64,000 nt of DNA from a virus, in the IMG/VR virus record IMGVR_UViG_3300047319_001031, positions 4,754 to 68,753 of that record; one strand, given 5' to 3'. The notes under the pieces were generated by a model. The model worked only from the letters and a program-made list of their open reading frames with translations. It was not told where the DNA came from and ran no database searches. Of the stretch, positions 48,011 through 57,335 are shown piece after piece; position 1 is the stretch's first letter; the number at the start of each line of letters is the position of its first letter. The position numbers and the translations under genes are program-made.

Positions 48011-48188
48011 GCTTTCGTCCTTGCCAGAGCTGCCATATAGTCGGCGCGTGCATTGTCCTTAAGGTCCAGTTCGATGCAACGCATGATTTCGTCACGTGTC
48101 GCTGCATTGCGTACCCATCGCGACGACAAGCGCATACGTTCGCGCGCCTCAGCATCGGTAAGTTTTGGTGGTTCTGATTGAGTAGTGT

Positions 48189-48404
48189 TCATCCGTTGTC
48201 CGTGGTGAAGTTAGTGTTGAGCCACACAAGAAACCCAGCCTTGGTGCCCGGTATGTTGTGAACGTAAACGCTCGTTGTCGGATCGTTGTTGTCCATCTCT
48301 ATTGCTTGCTCACGCAGGGCTTGCTCAGCAGCGCGGCGACTGCCATGCCATGACAACAAAGTGCCATGTTGGCCGTCGATATAAGCAGCGCGGTAAATTT
48401 TCAT
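48189..48404 (-). CDS. hypothetical protein
   Basis: ATGA coupling. Confidence 0.55.
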   Translation of the reverse strand: MKIYRAAYIDGQHGTLLSWHGSRRAAEQALREQAIEMDNNDPTTSVYVHNIPGTKAGFLVWLNTNFTTDNG

Positions 48405-48619
48405 GCATGCACCTTGGCGTCCGCTTCCTGCCGGCGCAGTGCCATCACCCGGCGTGCGATGGTCGTGGCCGATACGTCGAACAGGTCAGCCACCAGTGCC
48501 GTTGTCACGTACTCGCTGACCCGGCGCTCAGCGTTGGGGTCCCCCGGGCCATCCTCGCCCGGGTTGTCGTTCACCGCGATCCATTCGACCGCGGCCTTCA
48601 GTGTCGGTCGACTCATCAT
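48401..48619 (-). CDS. small HTH-like protein
   Basis: AVEWIAVND...LVADLFDV....IA. Confidence 0.6.
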   Translation of the reverse strand: MMSRPTLKAAVEWIAVNDNPGEDGPGDPNAERRVSEYVTTALVADLFDVSATTIARRVMALRRQEADAKVHA

Positions 48620-48750
48620 GTTGGTCCTTTCATTTTCGCCAAGAGAGAACGCGCAACAGATACTTCTGCACGCGCGGCCAATCCTTCGGGTGCACCCAGA
48701 ACTGGCGAAGAACGAAGCCACGCTCTCGCATGGCCTCACGTTCATCCCGC

Positions 48751-49203
48751 TTACGCTGCGTTGCGGACTTTGGCTTTGCCATTGGATTTCATAAAGCCGG
48801 GTTGAATGCCTGCTGCCTTGCGCTCTTCAGCGAGCCGTTTCCCATGGCGCTTCCGAAGTTTCGTCGTGATCGAATCACGCTGCCGGTCGATAACAGACAG
48901 CACCGCACTCGGCAGAATTGTTCGCACCGAGCCCTGCGCGCTGACTTGCGTAACAAACGCCGTTACGCTTTCGTCTGTTCGCACCGTCTGGATGATGTAG
49001 GTAGTGGCATTGCCATAGAAGTCTATGGCCTGCACCACGGCGGGCTTGGTGTGGGCACCATTGGGCAGCCCGATCATGCCCGACAGCATTTTGTCGAACG
49101 GGTCCGACGAGCGCCCTGCCGTCACTTTGTGCTCTGGTCTGTTGTACGTCTGTTGCGAGTCGTCGTTCATTACTTGCTCCGGTTGTCGTGGTTCAATCAC
49201 CAC
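48751..49203 (-). CDS. hypothetical protein
   Basis: 150-aa ORF; start uncertain. Confidence 0.6.
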   Translation of the reverse strand: MVIEPRQPEQVMNDDSQQTYNRPEHKVTAGRSSDPFDKMLSGMIGLPNGAHTKPAVVQAIDFYGNATTYIIQTVRTDESVTAFVTQVSAQGSVRTILPSAVLSVIDRQRDSITTKLRKRHGKRLAEERKAAGIQPGFMKSNGKAKVRNAA

Positions 49204-49323
49204 GACATCATTATAACATGTGACATGTCACGCTCATAGCTGGAAACGCACAAAAGCCATGTTCAGAACTTGTGCCACACGTGCTGCGTCAATAAGTTAT
49301 CGAGCCGACGAACGGTCGAACAG

Positions 49324-49614
49324 TCATTCGATCGGCACTGCATTCCGTGCAGCTTCGACGTCACTGAAGCCACCTTCGTCGTCGGCTATGCCGTCGCCAG
49401 TGGCCTGCCACTTATCGAACTCCTCGACGAACGCCACCAAGGCGGCGTAGCTGTTGCACGCACGGACGATAATCTGCGCTGCTTCCTCGTCGTAAACCGT
49501 AGCGATACAGGTGTCGGTGTTGCCGTTAGCCGTACCATCTGCTTCGCGAATGGTATGGTGGCCAAGCGCATCCGGGCACTCGTCAACAACGAGCATTCCT
49601 AGGGTCGGCATCAT
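49324..49614 (-). CDS. hypothetical protein
   Basis: AAQIIVRACNSY motif. Confidence 0.65.
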   Translation of the reverse strand: MMPTLGMLVVDECPDALGHHTIREADGTANGNTDTCIATVYDEEAAQIIVRACNSYAALVAFVEEFDKWQATGDGIADDEGGFSDVEAARNAVPIE

Positions 49615-50366
49615 TCCTTCACCTCTGCATTCGGTGCCAGCGCCTTGGCTTGTTCGAGCGCGTACTCATGCCCGACGAACCCCCAGCACGAATCGATCTC
49701 GTCGCCGTGCTCGTCCTCGATCACGTAGCCGTAGCACTCGCCATTAAGCCAGCGACCGAACGCCTCGACCGAGCCCTCCAGCGACTTCAGGCACGACTCG
49801 CGGATCTTCTTGGTCACGATCTTGCCACCATGCCATTCGAGCGCAGTCGCTTTGGTGATGTAGGCCACCCCGGAGAGCCCGCTATCCCACTCGGCATGAC
49901 CTTGGGGCAGCAAGCCTGCCCAGCTGCTCGCTTTGAGCGCCACGCCACTGTGGACGTAGGCGTACACCGGTAGGCCGATCAGCTCGCCCGATTGGATTCG
50001 AGCCACCAGCTGCTCGAATTCTTCCTGCTCGACAGGCGTGTTGCCCAGCGTGTAGCGCGAGCCCTTCTTGTATGTGATGACGATGTCGTCGTGTTCGAGC
50101 GGGCTCTCGCAGTCCTGATCGTGCTCGATGCGGATCGTCGTCGGCGTGGGCTTCACCGCCTCGTAATGCTCTCCCTCTTTCAGATCCTCGATGCCCTGTG
50201 CCAAGCGCAGCACCGGGCCGCTGAGCATGATCGGCCCGCGGTCGGAGTCGTGCCCGTCCTTGAAGTTGTCGAAGTCGATGATCTCCACATCAACCTCACC
50301 ACTGGTTGCAGCGACGTCAGCAACGCCCCCGCTCACCGTGATTAATACAGCTGCCTTACCCATCAC
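49611..50366 (-). CDS. hypothetical phage protein
   Basis: YVHSGV...WDSG..G...GECYGY...DSCWGF. Confidence 0.75.
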   Translation of the reverse strand: MMGKAAVLITVSGGVADVAATSGEVDVEIIDFDNFKDGHDSDRGPIMLSGPVLRLAQGIEDLKEGEHYEAVKPTPTTIRIEHDQDCESPLEHDDIVITYKKGSRYTLGNTPVEQEEFEQLVARIQSGELIGLPVYAYVHSGVALKASSWAGLLPQGHAEWDSGLSGVAYITKATALEWHGGKIVTKKIRESCLKSLEGSVEAFGRWLNGECYGYVIEDEHGDEIDSCWGFVGHEYALEQAKALAPNAEVKE

Positions 50367-50526
50367 GTTCTCCTTTAGTTAGTTTTGCTACGCGTGCCAT
50401 GCGGATGCAACCAGCCCTTCTTTGTGATGTGCACACGCTTTCCGCATGTTAGGCAAGTTCCATAATTGCCCCAGCGTGCACCGCCTTGTGTTCGCCCGCC
50501 ACCCTTGTACTCACCACGACACCAGT

Positions 50527-50892
50527 TCATCTGTTGATGGGTGCGGGGTGAGCCCATAGTCCCTCCGGTGGGGTGGTCTGAACAGCCAGCTTGATGACGA
50601 GCTGCAGCGTGTCGTCGAACTCGGGCATGAGATGGAATTCTTGACACACCCGCACGCCCTCGGTGAAATCGCCCGGCGTACTGGATCTCTTGCCGTCCGC
50701 TCTGCGCAGCGGGATGTCCACGCGACCATCCGCTGAAAATTTCACCGTACGAATGAGATCGAGGAACAACAGCCCGTCGTCAGTCGACTCGGGGTTGCCG
50801 GGAATGCGCATCGACTCGTCCGCAACGGCTACCTCTGCTGGTTCAGCAATAAAATACGAATGCCCACAACGTAATTGAAGCGCCCATTTCAT
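50527..50892 (-). CDS. hypothetical protein
   Basis: ACTAAAGGAG leader. Confidence 0.65.
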   Translation of the reverse strand: MKWALQLRCGHSYFIAEPAEVAVADESMRIPGNPESTDDGLLFLDLIRTVKFSADGRVDIPLRRADGKRSSTPGDFTEGVRVCQEFHLMPEFDDTLQLVIKLAVQTTPPEGLWAHPAPINR

Positions 50893-50910
50893 ATCGTTCT
50901 CCTTTAGTGA

Positions 50911-50930
50911 ATTGTGAGACGTCTCACAAA
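50911..50930. promoter_or_regulatory. 20-bp palindromic operator-like site
   Basis: ATTGTGAGACGTCTCACAAA. Confidence 0.75.
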
Positions 50931-50939
50931 TCGGCCCTA

Positions 50940-51074
50940 CTATGTCGGTGGCTGCCATAGCTTCGGCTTGGCCTTCGCCTTCGGTTCCTTCAGGTGAAGC
51001 CGTACTGCCAGATACACGCACACACCAGCGATCGTGCCTGCCAGTGCGGCGACTACAACAGCAAAGAATTCCAT
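50940..51074 (-). CDS. single-TM peptide (44 aa)
   Basis: MEFFAVVVAALAGTIAGVCVYLAVR plus Lys tail. Confidence 0.55.
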   Translation of the reverse strand: MEFFAVVVAALAGTIAGVCVYLAVRLHLKEPKAKAKPKLWQPPT

Positions 51075-51463
51075 CACTGATTCTTTTGGTCGACTCGCTT
51101 CTGTGTGGCAGCCAGCAGCAACTTCATCAGACCGAGCTTCCACTTCGCCAGTTTCACTTGTAGCTCCAGCATGCGGGCCAAGGTAAACACAGGCGGGCCG
51201 TCGTCGTTGAAAAGAAAGTTCGGCTCTGAGCCGCGTTCCAGTGCACGGTGGGCACGTTGAATCTTTGCCCCTTCGGTCTCGACCAGCTTCTTTAGCTCAA
51301 CCATCTCCTCAGCAAGTTGGGCTAGCTCTTCACGTGTCAGCACGTAGTTGTTCGCGTGCACCAGCGTCTCAGGCAGCTGCACTTGCCTTGTCTCGCGGTC
51401 ATACCATGGGTTGCGCGGGTTGCGCTCGAACCAATGGAAGGGCACGGTCTCGGCGTGCTTCAT
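51074..51463 (-). CDS. hypothetical protein
   Basis: Coupled ORF. Confidence 0.6.
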   Translation of the reverse strand: MKHAETVPFHWFERNPRNPWYDRETRQVQLPETLVHANNYVLTREELAQLAEEMVELKKLVETEGAKIQRAHRALERGSEPNFLFNDDGPPVFTLARMLELQVKLAKWKLGLMKLLLAATQKRVDQKNQ

Positions 51464-51696
51464 GCTGCGCTCGTAACTTCTTCGATGTACTGGAATGCCT
51501 CATCCAGCGATCCTACGGCGCTCTCCAAGCTGGTAGCGGCGGCATCGAGCGCCTGACCCTTCTCGCTCTCCTGCGCCTTCTCGCCCTTATTATCGAACTC
51601 TTCGCGAGCTTCGCTGGCAATCGTCTCCAGATCGGACTTCACCTGCTCGATCGACGATGCGATGACGGACAGGGCTTTCAGTTGTGATGCTTTCAT
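51460..51696 (-). CDS. acidic helical protein
   Basis: E.FDN..E..QESEKGQ. Confidence 0.7.
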   Translation of the reverse strand: MKASQLKALSVIASSIEQVKSDLETIASEAREEFDNKGEKAQESEKGQALDAAATSLESAVGSLDEAFQYIEEVTSAA

Positions 51697-51708
51697 TGCT
51701 CTCCTTTT

Positions 51709-51921
51709 TTATAAGTTGCGAACGAGGACCGTGTTGTCGAATTCACGCTTGCGCTTCCGGTCCATCTTGTACGCATAGCGTTGCGTTGCTATTTCAGCGA
51801 ACCACTGCCGCAGCTCGTGGCCATCCCACTCTTCCGGGACTTGCGGCAGATGTTCAAGCATGTGCTTCTTGGCGCCCTCGCACATCTCGGCGATGATGCG
51901 AGCTTGATCATCTTTGGTCAT
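51709..51921 (-). CDS. hypothetical protein
   Basis: VPEEWDGHELRQ. Confidence 0.65.
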   Translation of the reverse strand: MTKDDQARIIAEMCEGAKKHMLEHLPQVPEEWDGHELRQWFAEIATQRYAYKMDRKRKREFDNTVLVRNL

Positions 51922-51935
51922 TCCCTTTCCTTTAG

Positions 51936-53159
51936 TTAGTTGACGTTCACCACTTCACCGAACGGCGCCGTAGAGATCTGGCTCACACTTACCCAGATCA
52001 CAGGAATATCCGGCTCGCGTCCGAACCTACCTTCCATATCGGTCAAGAACAGACAGACCTCGGGCCGCTCTTCGCAATCCTCAAGATCATCTGCAAGCCA
52101 GCTGAAGTTCGTACCACCGCCGCCGACTTGATGCACTTGAACCTCAGCATCACCGCGGTCGAAGCGCTGGTCGTACTCGTGATTGACTGTGGTCTGGAAG
52201 TAGCGGACCTCGATCCACTTCGGCTTGACCTCTTCCCAGATGTCCTTCATGTGGTGATTGAAGACAGGAAGATCATCCCAGCAGGAACCGGAAGCATCGA
52301 TGTACATCCGGACACCGCCCATGGCGGGCTGGTATAAGTCCGGTGCGATCACGCCGGTCTTGATAAATTCCCGACGACTGAAGCGAGACCATGAGTAGTC
52401 CGCTATCGACATGGATTTAAGATGCTGCTCAACAACTTCATACCAGTGCACCCTAACGTGGTCAGCGGACTCAAGAGCCCGCTTCATCCACGCTGGCACA
52501 TTACCTGCCATCTTAGCAGCCTGATCCGCCGCCTTCAACTCATGGCGTACCCGGTTCTCAAACTCCTGCTCGGTCTCTTTGGGCCGGTCGGTCGGTGCCT
52601 CTTCCGGCTGGCCGTCCGGAGTCTCCCCGAACCGGACCAGATCCTTGGCAGTCCCGACCATCTCTTCGGTGAATTCTTCAAAGGTCTTGCTGCCCCCTTG
52701 CTTCTTGTGCTCCTCATGGGCCTTATCCATGAGATCGTCGTACACCGCTTCAGTGGTCCAGTCCTTGTACTCCGGATCACAGAACCAGTTGAACGGCTTG
52801 CCATCGATCGTCATGTCTGCCAGCGGCTTGAAGCCCGACTCCTGCAGCATCAGGTTGATCACGTGATCCCCGGCAATATTCCAGATGAACGGGTTGCGCG
52901 CACCAAGCCGGGACGGGTGCATGAACACCTTGTGCCCCAGCTCGTGCGCCACAGCCGTCATCTTTCGATCCCGGTCCAACTGCCCCCAGAACTTCGGATC
53001 GACCCACACCGACACACCATTCGTTGCCAGCGTCTTGAACGGCAGATCGTGGCACTCGTAGAACTGCATGGTGTAATACATTCCCATGAACCATGAGTAG
53101 CGCAACATCAACCGCGCTGCGGTCGGCGCCATCTGGTCGAAGGGTTTGTTGTACGTCAT
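51936..53159 (-). CDS. DUF2201-like metallopeptidase plus vWA protein
   Basis: TLATNG, AHELGH, WNIAGDHVIN; MIDAS DASGS, GGGGT, LTD. Confidence 0.85.
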   Translation of the reverse strand: MTYNKPFDQMAPTAARLMLRYSWFMGMYYTMQFYECHDLPFKTLATNGVSVWVDPKFWGQLDRDRKMTAVAHELGHKVFMHPSRLGARNPFIWNIAGDHVINLMLQESGFKPLADMTIDGKPFNWFCDPEYKDWTTEAVYDDLMDKAHEEHKKQGGSKTFEEFTEEMVGTAKDLVRFGETPDGQPEEAPTDRPKETEQEFENRVRHELKAADQAAKMAGNVPAWMKRALESADHVRVHWYEVVEQHLKSMSIADYSWSRFSRREFIKTGVIAPDLYQPAMGGVRMYIDASGSCWDDLPVFNHHMKDIWEEVKPKWIEVRYFQTTVNHEYDQRFDRGDAEVQVHQVGGGGTNFSWLADDLEDCEERPEVCLFLTDMEGRFGREPDIPVIWVSVSQISTAPFGEVVNVN

Positions 53160-53174
53160 GACACTTCCTTTCAG

Positions 53175-54050
53175 TTAGTTGGGTATCAGCACTGCGATGC
53201 GCGCCGCCAGAGCCTCAGCCTTGCGCTGCCGCTCCAGCCGGAACATATCGCTGTCCTTCAGATCCTTCCGCGTTACGCCATCCACCAGCGACACCGCTTC
53301 CGCCGCCAGTGCATCGATGCGAGGATCACGTGCGATGTTCAAGCGCTGTGCCGCTGCGCCCATGTTGCGCACGTTCTCGATCAGCGAGTCGTAGATTTTC
53401 TTGACGTCGCCATCGGTGTACGCCTTGAGCTGCTTGGCCATGTGCTGTACTGGCGTCAGCAACTCGGTGAACGCGTGGCTGATGCTCGCGTTGTACACCT
53501 TCTCCTGCTCTTCCTTCAGGCTGGCCTCGATCTCGGCCCGGACATGCGCCGGTATCTCGGTCAGCACCCGCACGTCGTTCGCATTCGGCAGCGGCTGCAC
53601 TGCCAAGCGCAACGCAAACCTAGCCCGCACGTGTTCCCACGCCGGGTAGTCGTTCGGATCGAACATGTCGCGCAACGTCTCCCGCATGGTGGCGATCTTG
53701 CCCGGGTACACGACCTCGAACGCATCGAGCAGCGGTTCCAGCCCGGCTTCCTTGTCGCCGAAGTCGGTCATCAGCTCCATGTGATTCTCGGCCTTGCCCA
53801 CCCGTACGCCCCGGGCCTCACCCCACGGCGCCGTGTGCAGGTAGAACCACGACCGGGTGCCACCGATCCAGCTGGCCACCGCCTTCAGCTCGTCGCAGTC
53901 GGGCAGGATCAGCTTGTTGAAGTTGCCCGCATCGGTGCTGTCACTCACCCCGTTGGCGACCTTGGCTTGGGACGTAACCCTCTTATCCAGCTTGCGCGCC
54001 GTCCACGTTGGCGCGTTAAGGCTGTACATCAGCAGCGACGTCAATTCCAT
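53175..54050 (-). CDS. DUF3150-like helical protein
   Basis: WTARKLD...T.PW...FDPNDYP; between AAA and vWA genes. Confidence 0.6.
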   Translation of the reverse strand: MELTSLLMYSLNAPTWTARKLDKRVTSQAKVANGVSDSTDAGNFNKLILPDCDELKAVASWIGGTRSWFYLHTAPWGEARGVRVGKAENHMELMTDFGDKEAGLEPLLDAFEVVYPGKIATMRETLRDMFDPNDYPAWEHVRARFALRLAVQPLPNANDVRVLTEIPAHVRAEIEASLKEEQEKVYNASISHAFTELLTPVQHMAKQLKAYTDGDVKKIYDSLIENVRNMGAAAQRLNIARDPRIDALAAEAVSLVDGVTRKDLKDSDMFRLERQRKAEALAARIAVLIPN

Positions 54051-54069
54051 TTCCGACTCCTTTAGTTAG

Positions 54070-54089
54070 TTTGTGATACCTCTCACAAA
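54070..54089. promoter_or_regulatory. 20-bp palindromic operator-like site
   Basis: TTTGTGATACCTCTCACAAA. Confidence 0.75.
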
Positions 54090-54471
54090 ACGCGATGCGG
54101 CGTGAAGCCATCCACGGCCGCGCAATACATCAGTACGACTGGTATGCAATGCGTGTCATAGGCATAGCTTAGAAACATCTCGCCATCCCACAGAGCAACC
54201 TTGCCCGTCCAGCCATCGCCGTAATACCACGTACCTTGCACCAATCTTTCACGGGGTATGACGGTGTGTTCGACTGCGGTGCGCTCGGCCATGATCGGCC
54301 TCCTTCGGTTGCGGCTTGATTTCACATTCCGCCTTGCAGCGCTCGCAAAACTCAGCGCCGTAGGCGACCAGCTTGCTGCGATCGTTGATGGCAACCCGCG
54401 CATCGACATACACGCGCGAGCTGCCGCACCTCGTACAGATCCATTTCATGATGCACACTCCCAGAACTGCC

Positions 54472-55584
54472 TTACACCTCCGAACCGGACCCGCGCATCA
54501 GCCTGTTGATATGCGGCTGGCACATCCAGTCCTTGTACTCCTTGCTCACCTGAATGACGCCCATGGCTGCGTTCTCACTCTTGTCAATCCGTTCATTGAT
54601 CAGTCGCGTGAATGCATTCTGAAACTCGTGCTTGTACCGCGCCATGTACACCAACATCGGTTTGAACGTTTTCGGAGCGATGGTAAGGGCCAACATGTAG
54701 GTCAGGGCAAAGCACTCATCCATCCGTTCCGGTACTTTCGCCTTGTCTGGACGCTTGAGAATTTCCTCGATCGTGGCGAGGTTGTCCACCATGCTTAGAT
54801 AAGTTTCGAACGTTGCCGCCACACCTGAGCCCACGTTGCGTGCGATCTCGTCCGGTATCAGTGGTTCGTGTGTCTCGTCGACATCTTTCAGAATGCGGCT
54901 CACCTTGTCCCACGAGCGCAGGTTGGCCCAGATGCCCATCTTGCCTTCCTGCACCATGAGATCGTTGGCCTCGCGCTTCTCGTCGAACACCGTGGCGTAG
55001 TTGGACAGGCACGCCGGGTGCTTCATGAGGAACGCGGATACCTTCTCGTGGAAGTTATCCTTAGCCACATCGAGCGCGTACTCCGGATCGAATTCCAGCT
55101 CCACCGTCATGAACCGGCTCATGATGGCCCGGCTCTGCTGTTGTGCCTGACTGCGGTGCTTGAACCCGTTGCCATCCGCGACGAAGATGACGCCATCCGG
55201 AATCCGGAACCCACCCAGATCCTCGTGGTTGATCAGCTTCTGGAAACCGCGGCTGGTCTCGGCACTCATCAGCATCCACTCGCCGATGTAGATGATGCCG
55301 CGCATATCCGGCGTGTTGTACGCGTTCGGCAGTCGGCCATCGATCAGACGCAGGATGCTTCTGGCATCCATGTCCGGCATCGCCATGACCGTATCCGTTG
55401 GCGCCATCGTGCCACCGTCCATGCGTTGAAAGCAGAAATACGGATCAGCTGCTTTCTCTTCTTCGCCCACCTTGTTGATCATGGTGGTCTTGCCCAGCGC
55501 CGGCTCGCTGATGAGCAGCAAGTTGTACCGACACCGCAGCGCCCGTCTGACCAATGGGCGCACTTGGTTCATCGATGAAGCCAT
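54472..55584 (-). CDS. MoxR-like AAA+ ATPase
   Basis: SEPALGKT, IYIGE, DGN, SRF, RSW. Confidence 0.8.
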   Translation of the reverse strand: MASSMNQVRPLVRRALRCRYNLLLISEPALGKTTMINKVGEEEKAADPYFCFQRMDGGTMAPTDTVMAMPDMDARSILRLIDGRLPNAYNTPDMRGIIYIGEWMLMSAETSRGFQKLINHEDLGGFRIPDGVIFVADGNGFKHRSQAQQQSRAIMSRFMTVELEFDPEYALDVAKDNFHEKVSAFLMKHPACLSNYATVFDEKREANDLMVQEGKMGIWANLRSWDKVSRILKDVDETHEPLIPDEIARNVGSGVAATFETYLSMVDNLATIEEILKRPDKAKVPERMDECFALTYMLALTIAPKTFKPMLVYMARYKHEFQNAFTRLINERIDKSENAAMGVIQVSKEYKDWMCQPHINRLMRGSGSEV

Positions 55585-55614
55585 TACGTTTCTCCTTCGT
55601 TAGTAAATAAATGG

Positions 55615-55634
55615 TTTGTGATACCTCTCACAAA
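55615..55634. promoter_or_regulatory. 20-bp palindromic operator-like site
   Basis: TTTGTGATACCTCTCACAAA. Confidence 0.75.
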
Positions 55635-55660
55635 TAGTACTGCACTTACACTTGCACCTG

Positions 55661-55891
55661 CTACTGCTCATACCATCCATCCAGCCCGTATTGGTGATCG
55701 AGCTGATCGGATGTAAATCGATGTGCATCGTCGCGGCAATCGCCAAAGTAATCGGCAAGGTGGTACTCACTACAACAGCCACACTCGACTACTAGGACGG
55801 GCGGACTGAACCAGCTCTGCGTGTTCGATCGCGTCCGCGACCCTGACGTTGATCGGCACGTAGGGTAGGCGACAAAGGGTAGGAAGATCAT
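55661..55891 (-). CDS. MI-head micro-ORF fused to a Cys/acidic domain (76 aa)
   Basis: MIFLPF...RSTSGSRTRS then ECGCC..YH...GDCRDD. Confidence 0.55.
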   Translation of the reverse strand: MIFLPFVAYPTCRSTSGSRTRSNTQSWFSPPVLVVECGCCSEYHLADYFGDCRDDAHRFTSDQLDHQYGLDGWYEQ

Positions 55892-56043
55892 CGGCCATAC
55901 CTCGGACCACGACGACCACCAGAAAAAGAAGTGAAACTTTTGACGCCGCTAATGCGCGACTTTGATGTGGAAAAGTAATATCTAAATCGTGTCGTCGTGG
56001 TAACTCCGCGCGTGTTCGTTAGCCAGAGGGGTAGGGGGATCAT
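55888..56043 (-). CDS. MI-head Ser/Arg micro-ORF (51 aa)
   Basis: MIPLPLWL...; ATGA overlaps. Confidence 0.6.
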   Translation of the reverse strand: MIPLPLWLTNTRGVTTTTRFRYYFSTSKSRISGVKSFTSFSGGRRGPRYGR

Positions 56044-56204
56044 CGTGACCCTATTCTCGATGCGAACTTTGTCCATGGATATTTACTTCCCGAAAGCGAA
56101 TAGGGCTGACCACGCAACCCAGATTCTGACCAGCCGTAGTTGCGGCTCCTACCAGTAGCCTTCGAATACGAACCACTCGTTGCCCAATAGGGTAGGGGGA
56201 TCAT
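56040..56204 (-). CDS. MI-head Ser/Arg micro-ORF (54 aa)
   Basis: MIPLPYWATSGSYS... Confidence 0.6.
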   Translation of the reverse strand: MIPLPYWATSGSYSKATGRSRNYGWSESGLRGQPYSLSGSKYPWTKFASRIGSR

Positions 56205-56380
56205 CGCCCTCGATCTCCTGAATACGAACGATGCGAACCTTGGACTCTTGACCCGCTGTGTCGTTTGTAAAACGAACATGCACAGCCAGCACTGAGTGAC
56301 CACGTACGATGCGTTGTCGGGACCATGCGTGACTTGATCGTCATCGGATGTGCCAGCATGAAACCGGGGACGAGGATCAC
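56201..56380 (-). CDS. MI-head Ser/Arg micro-ORF (59 aa)
   Basis: MILVPGF... (GTG start). Confidence 0.55.
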   Translation of the reverse strand: MILVPGFMLAHPMTIKSRMVPTTHRTWSLSAGCACSFYKRHSGSRVQGSHRSYSGDRGR

Positions 56381-56574
56381 AATGTTCTCTTTCCCGAACG
56401 GAACCACGAAGCGTAGCGCATACCACTAAGCGAGTAACACTTCGATCGGTACACGGATTCACTTGCCGTGCTGGTTATGGATACCGCACGCCCTCGGCAA
56501 GTAGACCATGCGCCTCTACCAGAAGCAGCCCAACAGAACGAAAGGTTGGACCCGTAATGGCTAAGCAGGATCAT
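56377..56574 (-). CDS. MI-head Ser/Arg micro-ORF (65 aa)
   Basis: MILLSHY... Confidence 0.55.
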   Translation of the reverse strand: MILLSHYGSNLSFCWAASGRGAWSTCRGRAVSITSTASESVYRSKCYSLSGMRYASWFRSGKRTL

Positions 56575-56855
56575 TGCGGCACCAGCAGCAACTGATACGG
56601 TTCCACATCCAACGCATAAGCGATCGCAGCAACAGCATCCATGCTCACGCCGTATTCTCCGGCGAGAATGTAGCCAATGGTTCGAGCCGACACCAGCTTG
56701 CCCTTCTTGATCCCGGATAAATAGCGGGCCTGCAAACGCTTAACGCCTATGCGTTTTGCTTTCATCAGTGCCTTGATGTTGTCAGCCAGCTGGCGACGAT
56801 AGTCGATCGGCATTGAACGACCACACGTTGGACAAATGTTAGCTTTGGTTTTCAC
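56571..56855 (-). CDS. XRE-family HTH regulator with CxxC
   Basis: CPTC; LADNIKAL...VSARTI..I..G....SMD.V..IA.AL.V.P..LL. Confidence 0.75.
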   Translation of the reverse strand: MKTKANICPTCGRSMPIDYRRQLADNIKALMKAKRIGVKRLQARYLSGIKKGKLVSARTIGYILAGEYGVSMDAVAAIAYALDVEPYQLLLVPQ

Positions 56856-57019
56856 TATGTCTCCCTCGATTCCGATTTCCAAACGGATGCTGACCTAGAT
56901 CCAAACCTTGACTTCGGTGGTGACCGATGGTCTCGTCCTGACCGTGAGTACCAGTACATCATCGTCCTTGATCGAGACCACGACCGTGCATCATCTAGCC
57001 AGCTACCGAGCAGGATCAT
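56855..57019 (-). CDS. MI-head Ser/Arg micro-ORF (54 aa)
   Basis: MILLGSWLDDARSWSRSR... Confidence 0.6.
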   Translation of the reverse strand: MILLGSWLDDARSWSRSRTMMYWYSRSGRDHRSPPKSRFGSRSASVWKSESRET

Positions 57020-57168
57020 GACGAGTGTGCCCTCGATGTGAACATCGACCCCGAGCGCGATCGATTCCGTCTCTGCGTTGCCGTACCACACGACGAACTC
57101 CTGCGCCGTATTCTCTTTGCACCTGAGCGTGACTGCAATCCCAGCCGCCAGAAGGGTAGGGGGATCAT
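57016..57168 (-). CDS. MI-head Ser/Arg micro-ORF (50 aa)
   Basis: MIPLPFWRLGLQSRSG... Confidence 0.6.
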   Translation of the reverse strand: MIPLPFWRLGLQSRSGAKRIRRRSSSCGTATQRRNRSRSGSMFTSRAHSS

Positions 57169-57335
57169 GATGATTGCGATCTCGTCCACGCCCCCAGCAC
57201 CGACTGCACACGACCGTTGCCTTTCCGCCCTCCAGATATTGATGCCCATACTGATCCGGACGCAGCCCCCGATGACGACATGCATTTTTGCTGGGAACGT
57301 ACTACCGACAACAACCACGGATGCAAGGGGATCAT
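57165..57335 (-). CDS. MI-head Ser/Gly micro-ORF (56 aa)
   Basis: MIPLHPWLL... Confidence 0.6.
   Translation of the reverse strand: MIPLHPWLLSVVRSQQKCMSSSGAASGSVWASISGGRKGNGRVQSVLGAWTRSQSS

Noticed and set aside
49218-49233. TGTGACATGTCAC as another operator copy
   Set aside because: Spacer is 4 nt rather than 6 and the flanks do not match the consensus.
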